From contig CAWCNS010000007.1 in the NCBI GenBank assembly GCA_963796965.1, positions 384,001 to 448,000 of the forward strand: a stretch of 64,000 bases of DNA. Direction: 5' to 3'. The stretch's first letter is position 1, and every line of letters starts with the position of its first letter. Position numbers and translations under genes: made by a program. The notes beneath the pieces are model-generated. The model was not told the origin of the DNA and made no database searches. It saw nothing but the letters and a program-made list of their open reading frames with translations. This stretch comes from Calditrichia bacterium. GTDB lineage: Bacteria; Calditrichota; Calditrichia; JAJRVZ01. Below are positions 22,202 through 32,196 of the stretch, one piece after another.

Positions 22202-23247
22202 TTACGGCTGTATGACCAGTTTCATTGCTTTTTTAGGTATTGACTTCATCGTCTCCAGATCTAATCCCAACTTTGCAAAAGCACCTGTGCCTTCTTCTAA
22301 TGGCATTACCTCCGTAAAAAATGGTTTCATATTAATTTTTTCTGCCTGGAAGATCTTTATTGCTGGCAAACAGGTGTTTTGCCCAATATAAGAACCCAAT
22401 ATCTTTACTGCTTTGCGTGTTACAGTATTGGGAATAATATTTGCATGAATACTACTATCCATCCCAAAAGCCAGAATTTTCCCACCCGGTGCAACATAAT
22501 CGATAGCGTTTTCTAGTTGACTGCCAACAGCATCGATTACGATATCTGGTTTTATGCCTTTTGTTATTTCCAGATAAGCCTCTTTAATATCTGTTTCATT
22601 GGGATTTAAAACAGGAATCCCCAACTGTTTGGCGACATTAATGCGAAAAGGATCAATCTCAGTTGCTACCGCCTGAGAAGCCATATTCTTCGCAAGTCCA
22701 GAGAACAAATATCCAATTGGACCAAAGCCGAGAATAAGAACCGAATCCCAGGCTTGCATCTCAACGGTTTTCATACCATTTAAGACAGTTCCCAATGTCT
22801 CAACCTGTGTCCCGGTTATATCGTCAATCTCGTCAGGCAATTTATAACAGGCGTTTTCCGGAACAACGCAGTAATCCGCATATCCACCATCCTGAAAAAT
22901 TCCAACTGATTTATCTATCAACCAATCACACTGGCTACTATTTCCCATACGACAGGCCTCACATAGACCGCAACGCAAACTATTGTCAATAGCAACCCTG
23001 TTCTCCTACTTTTAGTGTGGTCACGGCACTACCAATATCCTCAACCGTACCATTGAATTCATGTCCAAGATACCGTATTTTTATTAAAAGCATGCTTACC
23101 CTGCATAATTTTCACATCGGTACCACATATACCGCAAGCAGCGACTTTAATAAGAATTTGATTGGGCTGCGTTACTTTGGGAATTGGAATCTGCTCAAAA
23201 TCAATCTTGCCAATATCTTTGAATACAAGGGCCTTCATTGTACTCAT
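22202..23247 (-). CDS. Zn-dependent medium-chain (sugar/polyol) dehydrogenase, split by frameshifts near 23000-23070
   Basis: MKALVF, CGICGTD, GHE recovered across the shift, CGLCEAC..G....C structural Zn, GFGPIG Rossmann motif. Confidence 0.85.
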
Positions 23248-23293
23248 TTTAACCTCCTGAATTCTATTTATATGTACATAATATGAGTTATTC

Positions 23294-24241
23294 TTACATA
23301 TCCACATTCTCTCGCGTAATTAAATCGATTTCTATAGGGATATATCGAGGGATGCTTTCCCCATCAATAAGTCGTTTTGCATTTTCGATGGCCTTTTTCC
23401 CCATCTCATCTGAATGCTGAGCAATCGATGCATCCATTCTTCCAGTGCGTATGGCATCCCGGGCGTCCTTTAATGCATCAAACCCAACAACAATAATATC
23501 TCCACTCTTACCAGCTGCTGCAATGGCTTCAATTGCTCCAAGGGCCATTAAATCACTGCAGGCAAATAAGGCCTGAACTTCAGGATAGGACTGCATCATA
23601 TTTTGAAATACATTAAATCCCTGATCTCTCTCCCAATTGGCCGTTTGCGAAGAGAGAACCTCAATTCCAGGATGAGAATCAAGGATATTATGGAAACCAC
23701 TTAGTCTGGCATCCCCAGTCTCGTGCCCTGGAATTCCTTCGAGTATCGCAACATTTCCATTTCCACCCAGTCTGCCAAGAATATATTCACCAGCAATCTG
23801 ACCACCTTGATAATTATCTGAACCGATGAAGGTTTCTATTTTCCCTCTAGATTCATAAAGCAAAGTTGAATCTACGCGTGTATCAAGCACTATTACCGGG
23901 ATTTTTGCCTGATTGGCCTTAACTATCGCTGGAATTATTTCCTTTGAACCACTTGGCGTCACACAAATAACATCAACCTTTGTCTGAATCAGATTCTCAA
24001 TGATCTGCATCTGTTTTTCTACATCTACTTCTCTTTCCGCCGCCTGAACGACTAGATTTAATCCTGACATCTTCGCTTGCATTTCTGCACCATTTTGCAT
24101 TTCAATAAAGTAGGGATTGTTTAATGTTTTCAAAACAAGAGCCACAGTCTTTCCATCTATATTTTTATCTCCACCTCTTTGGCATGAAAAAAAAGTAAGA
24201 AGTAAAAAAACCAACGCAATAGCAATCTTTATCTCTTTCAT
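23294..24241 (-). CDS. Sugar ABC transporter substrate-binding lipoprotein (RbsB-like)
   Basis: FFSC lipobox; LKTLNNPYF, GSDNY.GG, ANWER, VVGFDA. Confidence 0.9.
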   Translation of the reverse strand: MKEIKIAIALVFLLLTFFSCQRGGDKNIDGKTVALVLKTLNNPYFIEMQNGAEMQAKMSGLNLVVQAAEREVDVEKQMQIIENLIQTKVDVICVTPSGSKEIIPAIVKANQAKIPVIVLDTRVDSTLLYESRGKIETFIGSDNYQGGQIAGEYILGRLGGNGNVAILEGIPGHETGDARLSGFHNILDSHPGIEVLSSQTANWERDQGFNVFQNMMQSYPEVQALFACSDLMALGAIEAIAAAGKSGDIIVVGFDALKDARDAIRTGRMDASIAQHSDEMGKKAIENAKRLIDGESIPRYIPIEIDLITRENVDM

Positions 24242-24346
24242 TGTATCTCCCTCATTAATTAAAACGTACTATCAAATGTTTTCATATATTTGCATCTTAT
24301 TTGTTAAATGATCTAATAAAACACCCCTTGATAGATAGCAAAATCC

Positions 24347-24775
24347 ATTCCCCCTTTGAAAGGGGGCTAGGGGGATGTTTTATTTTCTATCTCTATAATA
24401 CACCCCTTAATCGATTCTAACGCTCCGGTGACGTTTTTTAATACATAATATCCATCAAGCCTGAGTACGTTAAATCCTAACTCTTTTAGTCTATTTTCCC
24501 TTCGTTTGTCATAACTTTGTTTATCATTGTGAGTCACACCATCTATCTCAATAACCAATTGTACTTTCTTACAATAGAAATCAACTATATACTCATCTAT
24601 GGGCTTTTGTCTTAGAAACCGATATCCATTTAATTGACCTGCTCTTAAATGCTTCCATAATAATCGCTCTATGAAAGTAGAATTCTTTCTTAATTCCCTT
24701 GACCGATCTTTCAGATTTGATTATAATTGATTTTCAATTAGGAACATCCCCCTAACCCCCTTTCCAAGGGGGAAT
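24347..24775. mobile_element. DUF559 nuclease cassette bounded by ~33 bp inverted repeats, inserted between ABC permease and binding-protein genes
   Basis: attccccctttgaaagggggctagggggatgtt (24347-24379) and aacatccccctaaccccctttccaagggggaat (24743-24775) enclose the ORF. Confidence 0.7.
24367..24737 (-). CDS. DUF559 (Vsr-like) endonuclease; frameshift just after TTG start
   Basis: Manual translation: (M)KINYN/SNLKDRSRELRKNSTFIERLLWKHLRAGQLNGYRFLRQKPIDEYIVDFYCKKVQLVIEIDGVTH..D..R...L..LGFNVLR; stop TAG lies inside the inverted repeat. Confidence 0.85.
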
Positions 24776-24836
24776 TAAGACGAGGTTATTCTATAAATAC
24801 TTGTTTAAATTTAGTTTTCATTTTTTTATTCTGTTT

Positions 24837-25784
24837 CTAACTTTTCTGTTTTTTTAGAGCCATATCGACTAACACAGCAATGATGATAACAGAACCAATG
24901 ACAATTTGCTGAACAAAAGACGAAACACCGAGTAAATTCAAACCGTTCCTCAACACGCCCATAATAAGAGCACCAATCAATGTTCCAACAATTCTTCCCT
25001 CCCCTCCAAGCAGACTTGTACCGCCTATTACTGCAGCGGCAATAGCATCAAGTTCGTACATAATTCCCGCGATAGGCTGTGCAGAATTTAAACGCGCCGT
25101 TAATATAATCGCTGCCAAGCCACTAAGTAATCCACAGAGACCATATACCATTGTTTTATATAGTTTTACATTTATACCAGATAAAAGGGTGGCCTCCTCA
25201 TTTCCTCCCATTGCATACGTATATCGACCCAATTTTGATCTGGAAAGAAGGAAATGTGCAATGATATACACAACAGCCATAATAATCACAGGCATCGGGA
25301 TACTTAAGATTTCACCAGAGGCCAGGAAACGAAAGTCTTCTGAAAAGCCTGAGATTGGCCTTCCCTGTGTATATAATAATGCCCCACCGCGGGCAACACT
25401 CATCATACCTAATGTAGAGATAAATGGTGGTAATTTTCCGTATGTAATCAGGAGTCCATTGACAATGCCACAGAGCAATCCGACACTTATGCCTATCAAC
25501 AAGGCTATTGGCATGGGGATGCCGGCGTCTAAGGCACTCGCCAGCACAACCCCGGCAAAGGCCATAATAGAACCGACGGAAAGGTCAATGCCAGCACTAA
25601 TAATTACAAACGTCATTCCAACGGCTATAATGGCATTAATGGAAGTTTGTTGTGTAATATTCAGTATATTTGAAATCGTTAAAAAATGAGGGGTTAAAAT
25701 CCAAAGAATGAGGCATAAAATAATTAAACCGATCAAGGTTCCGAATTGTCGTGCGTTATGAAGTAAAAAATTCTTATAGTTCAT
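24837..25784 (-). CDS. Sugar ABC transporter permease (RbsC-like)
   Basis: GIDLSVGS, PPFISTLG, YAMGGNEEA..LSGI, ELDAIAAAVIGGTSL.GG.G. Confidence 0.92.
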   Translation of the reverse strand: MNYKNFLLHNARQFGTLIGLIILCLILWILTPHFLTISNILNITQQTSINAIIAVGMTFVIISAGIDLSVGSIMAFAGVVLASALDAGIPMPIALLIGISVGLLCGIVNGLLITYGKLPPFISTLGMMSVARGGALLYTQGRPISGFSEDFRFLASGEILSIPMPVIIMAVVYIIAHFLLSRSKLGRYTYAMGGNEEATLLSGINVKLYKTMVYGLCGLLSGLAAIILTARLNSAQPIAGIMYELDAIAAAVIGGTSLLGGEGRIVGTLIGALIMGVLRNGLNLLGVSSFVQQIVIGSVIIIAVLVDMALKKQKS

Positions 25785-25785
25785 A

Positions 25786-27282
25786 TCAGGCTGCTCCCAA
25801 TGCACTGTGAAGTATCTTTTCCTGTGTTGCTTCAGATGCGGAATATTCACCAGAAATTTGTCCTTCATGCATGACTAAAATTCGATCACTCATTCCTAAT
25901 ACCTCAGGCAAATCAGAGGAGATCATGATAATGGCCGCCCCTTTGGCGGTTAACGCATTCATTAACTGATAGATCTCCACTTTTGAACCAACATCGATAC
26001 CCCGGGTAGGTTCATCAAATATTAATATATCTGCTTCTGAACATAGCCATTTGCTGATCACTAATTTTTGCTGATTTCCACCACTCAGATAGAGGGCCTT
26101 CTGATCCAGACCCGGCGTTTTTATCATCAGTTCTTTTACATATTTATTTGCTGTGCGAATTTCTTTCCCCTCATCAATAAAGCCGAATTTTGAGAATCTA
26201 TCCTCACTTGGCAAACAGATATTATCTTTCAAGGAGAGAGTGAGAACAAGCCCCTGTCCTTTCCTGTCTTCTGTTAGAAAACCAATCTTCTTATTTATTG
26301 CTTTCCGTGGAGAGTTGATTTTGCACAATTGATTCTCAATAAAGATTTTACCACCACTCCTAATGGTTTCAAGACCAAAAAGAGCCCGTGCGAGCTCCGT
26401 GCGCCCTGATCCCAATAAACCGGCGATGCCCAGGATCTCTCCTTTATGAAGATTAAAATTAATATCGTGTAAAAGATGATCAACACTCAGATTCTCAACC
26501 CGAAGGACTTCTTCCCCTATCTCCGCCTTTTCTTTCGGATACTGCTCTGACAGTTCACGATCTACCATCATTCTGATCAAATCGGATTTCTCAATATCGG
26601 AAATATTATGGGTAGCGACATAACGTCCATCGCGCAAAACAGTCACCCGATCACCAATTTCAAAAAGCTCTTCCAGGCGGTGTGAAATATAAATAACGGA
26701 AACACCACTCTCTTTTAGTCTGTTAATTGTAGCGAAAAGTTCATTGATTTCATTTTCACTCAGCGCAGATGTTGGCTCATCCATAATTAATATCTTTGCG
26801 TGTAGTGATAATGCTTTTGCTACTTCAATCATCTGTTGTTGTGCTATTCCCAAAGTACCAACAGGGCTTTCAGGATTTATATTTACACCAAGGCTATCCA
26901 AGATCTCTCGAGCTGCCAGATTCATTTGCTTTTGGTCGATTACGCCGGGCATTAATAAAAATTCACGACCAAGGAAAATGTTCTCTGCAACCGTTAGGCT
27001 TGGAATTAAATTTAATTCCTGATAAATGATCCCTATACCCAGGTTCTGAGCATGTTTGGGGTCCTTTACTTCAATCTCTTCCCCAGATAAAAATATCTTC
27101 CCGCTACTCTTCTGATAGGCACCACTTATTATTTTTACAAGTGTGGATTTGCCAGCTCCGTTCTCCCCAAGAAGAATATGCACTTCTCCTTCTAAGAGTT
27201 CGAAGTCCACATCATCAAGTGCCGTAACACCAGGAAAAACTTTTCCGATACCCTGCATTTTTAAAACGGAATTATCATTCAT
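25786..27282 (-). CDS. Sugar ABC transporter ATPase (RbsA-like, two NBDs)
   Basis: GENGAGKST, MDEPT, LSGGNQQK, FDEPTRGIDVG. Confidence 0.95.
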   Translation of the reverse strand: MNDNSVLKMQGIGKVFPGVTALDDVDFELLEGEVHILLGENGAGKSTLVKIISGAYQKSSGKIFLSGEEIEVKDPKHAQNLGIGIIYQELNLIPSLTVAENIFLGREFLLMPGVIDQKQMNLAAREILDSLGVNINPESPVGTLGIAQQQMIEVAKALSLHAKILIMDEPTSALSENEINELFATINRLKESGVSVIYISHRLEELFEIGDRVTVLRDGRYVATHNISDIEKSDLIRMMVDRELSEQYPKEKAEIGEEVLRVENLSVDHLLHDINFNLHKGEILGIAGLLGSGRTELARALFGLETIRSGGKIFIENQLCKINSPRKAINKKIGFLTEDRKGQGLVLTLSLKDNICLPSEDRFSKFGFIDEGKEIRTANKYVKELMIKTPGLDQKALYLSGGNQQKLVISKWLCSEADILIFDEPTRGIDVGSKVEIYQLMNALTAKGAAIIMISSDLPEVLGMSDRILVMHEGQISGEYSASEATQEKILHSALGAA

Positions 27283-27367
27283 ATAATTATATACAAGTTT
27301 TGATAAATCATTTTATGTAGATTGATAAATAACATAGTCCCGGCCAGGACTTTTGTGCTGCAAAGAA

Positions 27368-28172
27368 CTAAGAACAAATTTTATTTAAATGCTCGATAGC
27401 TTTTAACGCTGCTGTGTCAGAATCAGGGTTAGGTAAAATCTCAGCAGATACAAAGCCTTCGTATCCGATATTTAATAATACTTCTATTATTTCTTTGAAA
27501 TTGATGTGTCCTGCCCCGGGATACCAACGATTTGAATCAGCAACATGAAAATGAAACAGGTGGTTTTTGCTCAAAATTATGCTTTCAAGAATTGACGGTT
27601 CTTCTATATTCATATGAAACGTATCAAGAAGAAGGCCGACATTATTCTTATTGACTTTTTCGAGTAGCAATAGGCCCTCGGAGACCGTATTTACCAGGTC
27701 TGTTTCATATCTGTTTATTGGTTCAATGGCTAATTTAACCGTTTCATCCACTGAAGCAGATTCTCTCAATCCGTCGACTAACCATGACTCTACTTGCATT
27801 GGATCAATATTTTTCTCAGTTTTCCCACGAACCAATCCAATAATTACCTTTGCCTGTAATTGTTTGGCCAGAACAACTTGTGATTTAATCCGTTCAATGG
27901 CTCTTTGTCTGATATCTGGATCTGGATTTGTAAATGATAACCCTTCTTCTCCATAGGCCTGGCCCGTCCCTAAAGCAGGGACGGGCAAGTTATTCTCAGC
28001 AAGAAGCGTTTGTAATTCCTCAACATTGATTAATCTTTGGATCACGAACAGCTAATTCGACACCATCATAGCCAAGTTTCTTAATCTTTTTTAAATTCTC
28101 AGCAAGTTCCCCTTTGTAAGCCAATGCGGAGAAAGATGCTGGTTGGGTTGATAAAACAATGCTTAAATCCAT
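27368..28172 (-). CDS. iolO: 5-keto-L-gluconate epimerase (IolO, TM0416-like); frameshift near 28035
   Basis: N-terminus MDLSIVLSTQPASFSALAYKG..GYDGVELAVRDP, then GTGQAY..GLS.T.P, IIGLVRG, EPINRYETD, DTFHMNIEE, HVADSNRW; adjacent to iolN/iolM. Confidence 0.8.
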
Positions 28173-28175
28173 AAA

Positions 28176-29270
28176 TTATAAACCCATCTTTCTAATTGCG
28201 TATATTGGTCTCCAGCCTTCTGTGAAAGGCTCCTTCATATAGGGTTCCATCTCTTCTTTTGTTCTCATCGTCGTCTTTTCGATAGGAGGAACTTTACCAG
28301 CTGGGAATGCTTCCAAAATTTCATCATGAACGAGTGTTAAATAGGAGCAGATGGCGGCAATGGTTCGACGGGCTTTTTTAGCCTCACCTATTGTTGGCCG
28401 TCCGACAACCCCCTCCGGTATCGATCCCATTTCAGTTGGAAAATGTCCTTGTCCTTCAGACCATTTACTGGGACGTGCAAATGGATCAACGGCTTTATCA
28501 AAATGACCTTCCGGCAAATAACCTTCTACGTTGGTTTCCTCTGCATAATTCATTTCCACATAATCAGGTTCAAGCAATAACATTACTGATGTTTCAGCCT
28601 CATCAGCATGCACAAAATTATCGTCCCAGTCACCGCCTCTGTCTTTTGTTCTAAAAAACTCACGAACAGCACGATGCCAGTCTATTGTTCGGAAAATTCC
28701 CGGTAAATTCCAGGTTTTTTGCATTTCCTGTATAGCAGCCTCGAGCAGCCATTGATGACCATGGTTGTTGATCAGAACTATTTTACGAAAACCATCATTC
28801 CAAAATCCGACCATTACATCAATGAGCATACGTTTTAATACTTCATCTTCCAGATGAATCGTTCCGGGCATTCCCACATGATGGTGCGGATGGCCTCCAA
28901 AATTAAGTGGTGTCCAGGTAAGATTTACCGGATTACCCTTTTTGGCTGAATAACGGCGTACACCTTCCAGGATTTGGGTAACCATAAATGTATCGAGTGC
29001 CGTAACTGTATGAAGCCCATGCAATTCCGTACACCCAATCGGAATAAATAAAATATCATTTTTCTTTCGATTTTCGACTACCTTATGGCGAATGGTGGTC
29101 TGAATATATGTTCCGGGTTTTGCCAATTCTGATTTGCTCGGTATTTCATAAGCGTCTAATATTTTTGAAATCTCTTCCTCAGAAGCTTCCCAAATCTTCT
29201 TTTTTAGACGTCCAACTGACGTATCTTCAAAGAATAGATCATCGCGATTTGTTTTTAACCATTTTTCCAT
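28176..29270 (-). CDS. iolN: 3-dehydro-scyllo-inosose hydrolase (IolN, creatininase family)
   Basis: Creatininase motifs GCTE.HG, NNHGH, HADEAETS plus the long N-terminal FED..VG.LK..IW.A extension; context between iolM and iolO. Confidence 0.8.
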   Translation of the reverse strand: MEKWLKTNRDDLFFEDTSVGRLKKKIWEASEEEISKILDAYEIPSKSELAKPGTYIQTTIRHKVVENRKKNDILFIPIGCTELHGLHTVTALDTFMVTQILEGVRRYSAKKGNPVNLTWTPLNFGGHPHHHVGMPGTIHLEDEVLKRMLIDVMVGFWNDGFRKIVLINNHGHQWLLEAAIQEMQKTWNLPGIFRTIDWHRAVREFFRTKDRGGDWDDNFVHADEAETSVMLLLEPDYVEMNYAEETNVEGYLPEGHFDKAVDPFARPSKWSEGQGHFPTEMGSIPEGVVGRPTIGEAKKARRTIAAICSYLTLVHDEILEAFPAGKVPPIEKTTMRTKEEMEPYMKEPFTEGWRPIYAIRKMGL

Positions 29271-29324
29271 ATCTTCTCCTATACTATATTTTTAGATTCT
29301 AAATACTTTGTAAAATTCTGTTTT

Positions 29325-29393
29325 GTCATTCCGAACTTGTTTCGGAATCTTTTTTTATTCAATTTATAGATCCTGAAATAAATTCAGGATGAC
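29325..29393. repeat. REP-like doublet, GTCATCCTGAA family
   Basis: gtcattccgaacttgtttcggaatct ... agatcctgaaataaattcaggatgac (inverted pair). Confidence 0.8.
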
Positions 29394-29435
29394 AAAAATG
29401 TTATTGTAGATGATGCACTTTACTATGTTCAACAA

Positions 29436-30623
29436 TTAATCTAAATCAGTGATCGTGATTTTTACTTCGTCTCGATCTGTCTGTAGCATGACACAATTTT
29501 CATCTGCTTCATCCAAAGATATCTGTTTGGTTATCATTGGAGATACATCCATGCCCGTTGCCATCGCACTAATAACATTGGGAAAGGTTCCATGCCCTGA
29601 ATGCCCCTGGGCGCCAACAACACTGGCCCGTCGCACCTGTAGTACTTCACCATTTAGGGGAATTCTATCATCCGCACGTGCAACAACCACAACGGTCGTA
29701 TTAATACCTCTGCCCTCCCAAATGATTTTTTCCACATCGTTCCAGACAATGCTTGGCAATCCGGTGGCTTCAAGAATAAGCTTTGCTCCAAAGCCCCCAG
29801 TGATATCCAGAACAGCATCTGCTACAGCATCCTTGGTGGGATCGATAGCATGAGTAGCACCCATTGAAAGCGCCATTTCTCTTCTGGAAGCCGATGGTTC
29901 AGATAGAATAACGTTCGAAGCGCCCGCCCTCCGCAATACAGCACAGGCTGCGGCCCCAACAGGTCCACCACCCAAAATCACAACATTTTCTCCTGCTCGT
30001 ATGCCGCCACCGCGTTCAATCACGGCATTATAGGCAACAGATGTGGGCTCTACCAAACTACCTAAAAGCCACATTTTTTCTTCACCGTACTTTTCACCAA
30101 GAGATTTGAGACTCCAGAGATACCTGGCATCAACCTTAATATATTGTGCATAAGCCCCATCAATGGTGAATCCAAGTTCCTGAAGGCTCTCACAATGATT
30201 CGGGAAGCCATCGGCACAGGGCCGGCAATTACCACACCATATCATTTCCTCAGCACAGACCGGTTCACCAACTTCATATTTTTTCCCGGTTCTTTTATTA
30301 AGTGCCTTATCCCCAGCCTCAACCACTTTGCCTGAAAATTCATGTCCTAAAGTAGCAGGAAATGCGGTCAGACCAGGATAAAAAATGTATCCATCATCAT
30401 CACTTTGTCTCATGTGAACATCGCTACCACATATCCCACATGCCTGTACTTCAATGAGCACTTCAGTGGGTCCAGGTTTTGGTACTTCTTTTTCTCTTAT
30501 CTCTGTGCGGGGATTTCGCCACACTTTACTGCCAAGATAAGTCAACTCCCCTTCAATATCCTTGGCCCCCAATTTGAAATCCGGTTTAGGATCCCAATCC
30601 GCAACTAAATTGACTGTTCTCAT
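29436..30623 (-). CDS. iolM: scyllo-inosose 3-dehydrogenase (IolM, Zn-dependent)
   Basis: N-terminal W.P.P.FKLG.KDIEG.LTYLGSKVWR.P, CGICGSDVHM, YPGLT.FP.TLGHEFSG, GAQGHSGHGTFP. Confidence 0.85.
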   Translation of the reverse strand: MRTVNLVADWDPKPDFKLGAKDIEGELTYLGSKVWRNPRTEIREKEVPKPGPTEVLIEVQACGICGSDVHMRQSDDDGYIFYPGLTAFPATLGHEFSGKVVEAGDKALNKRTGKKYEVGEPVCAEEMIWCGNCRPCADGFPNHCESLQELGFTIDGAYAQYIKVDARYLWSLKSLGEKYGEEKMWLLGSLVEPTSVAYNAVIERGGGIRAGENVVILGGGPVGAAACAVLRRAGASNVILSEPSASRREMALSMGATHAIDPTKDAVADAVLDITGGFGAKLILEATGLPSIVWNDVEKIIWEGRGINTTVVVVARADDRIPLNGEVLQVRRASVVGAQGHSGHGTFPNVISAMATGMDVSPMITKQISLDEADENCVMLQTDRDEVKITITDLD

Positions 30624-30716
30624 AATAATTTCCCTCTAATTTACTTCTATGGTTATTTTCAACTAAATTAATCACATCATATAGATCTACTCAAAAAAAG
30701 AGAATAAGATGGAAAA

Positions 30717-30773
30717 GTCATCCTGAATTTAGTTCAGGATCTTATATAGATACCGAAATAAATTCGGCATGAC
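30717..30773. repeat. REP-like doublet, GTCATCCTGAA family
   Basis: gtcatcctgaatttagttcaggatct ... agataccgaaataaattcggcatgac. Confidence 0.8.
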
Positions 30774-30860
30774 GAAAACCACGTTTTGCGAGTAGACTCA
30801 ATTAAATATCAGAAATATTTATTAAGTGCTTACCTCATCTTTTATTTTTCTATAAATCCA

Positions 30861-31874
30861 CTAAAAATCGTTGACCGATTTTACGTCTCCATCTTTAAGA
30901 GAAGCCGTTGCAGCAATGGCTACCTGCAGGCCCGCAATCCCATCATCAATGGTTATCATTGGTTCTTTATTATTCTCTAAATTGTAACAAAAATCATTTA
31001 ACTGATTAACATACGCATCACAAAATCGCTCCGGGAAGTAGGGCACAACATCATGTGACACTCCTTCTTTGGTCAGTACCAACAAAGGTGTTTCGCGCAG
31101 ATAACCTACCTGTAATGTTCCTTTTGTGCCTAAAACCTCTGCTCGGATATCATAACCATAAATTCCATTGCGACTAATGTCTATTTCACCAAGATTCCCA
31201 TTTTCAAATTTCATCGTCATAATGACATTGTCTGTATCACCTGTTTCTTCCACTTCAGGATAAGCCAACACACCGCCAATAGCATAAATTGTCTTTATAT
31301 CACCCATATACCATCTGGCAATATCAATATCATGTATGGCCATATCCAAAATCTGCCCGCCGCTATTTTCCGGGCGTAAATAGTCAATAGATGGCAAATA
31401 TGGATCACGTGACGAACCCCTGAAAACCACCGGATCGCCTATAATGCCCTCTTCAATTTTCTTTTTCGCTTCCGCTTGTCCACGATCAAATCTTCTCATA
31501 TAGCCTTGTTGGTAAAATATTCCCTTTTCCTCAATCACTTTTTTCATTTCGCGTGCTTCTTCCAAGATTGAGCGTCATGGGCTTTTCACAAAATACTGGT
31601 TTTCCATTTTCTGCTGCATCGATGACTATTTCTTTATGATTACTGTCGTTGCCGTAACCACAACGGCATCAACTTCAGGATCCCTGTTAATATCCTGATG
31701 ATTAAAATAGACGCGTGATACGTCATATTCTTCAGAGCAGTTTTTTGCCCGTTCGGGAATTAGATCGGCGACAGCGATCAGATTAGCATATGGCACACGT
31801 GTTGTGAGAAATTCCGCATACATTTTTCCCAATCGTCCTGTTCCGATTAAACCAATGTTGATCTTTTTTTTCAT
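30861..31874 (-). CDS. iolG: Gfo/Idh/MocA oxidoreductase, myo-inositol 2-dehydrogenase-like; ~2 frameshifts near 31570-31640
   Basis: IGLIGTGRLG, FCEKP in the intervening frame, GYMRRFD, SRDP, SGG..LDMAIHDID, YGYD.R.EV.G. Confidence 0.75.
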
Positions 31875-31910
31875 TAATCTTCCTTTTGTTATTCCGGAAA
31901 AGTATATATT

Positions 31911-32190
31911 AACCACAGAGGACACAGAGTAACTATATAATAATTATTGACTTAAACGAGTTTACTCATTTTTCCTACTCTGTAACCTTATATAATATAT
32001 CTTTATTTAATTCAGAGATTAATCATTTAGCCCTAAGATTAGTTACTATTCTAACTTTTACATACTCTTCTTTCTATATGAGTCAAAAACTACTAAATGT
32101 GAATATTTTTAATAAAAGGATATTCTCGATAATTTCATGATTGAATATTCCTCAAGAGTTTTCAGATTTTTCTCTGAGCCCTCTGTGGTT
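31911..32190. mobile_element. MITE-like 280 bp element with AACCACAGAG terminal inverted repeats (copy B)
   Basis: aaccacagaggacacagag ... ctctgagccctctgtggtt; left ~80 bp similar to 5712. Confidence 0.65.
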
Positions 32191-32196
32191 CAATTT

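Noticed and set aside
23294..27282. Naming the ABC transporter rbsABC (ribose)
   Set aside because: Family resemblance only; context points to a cyclitol and there is no rbsD or canonical rbsK
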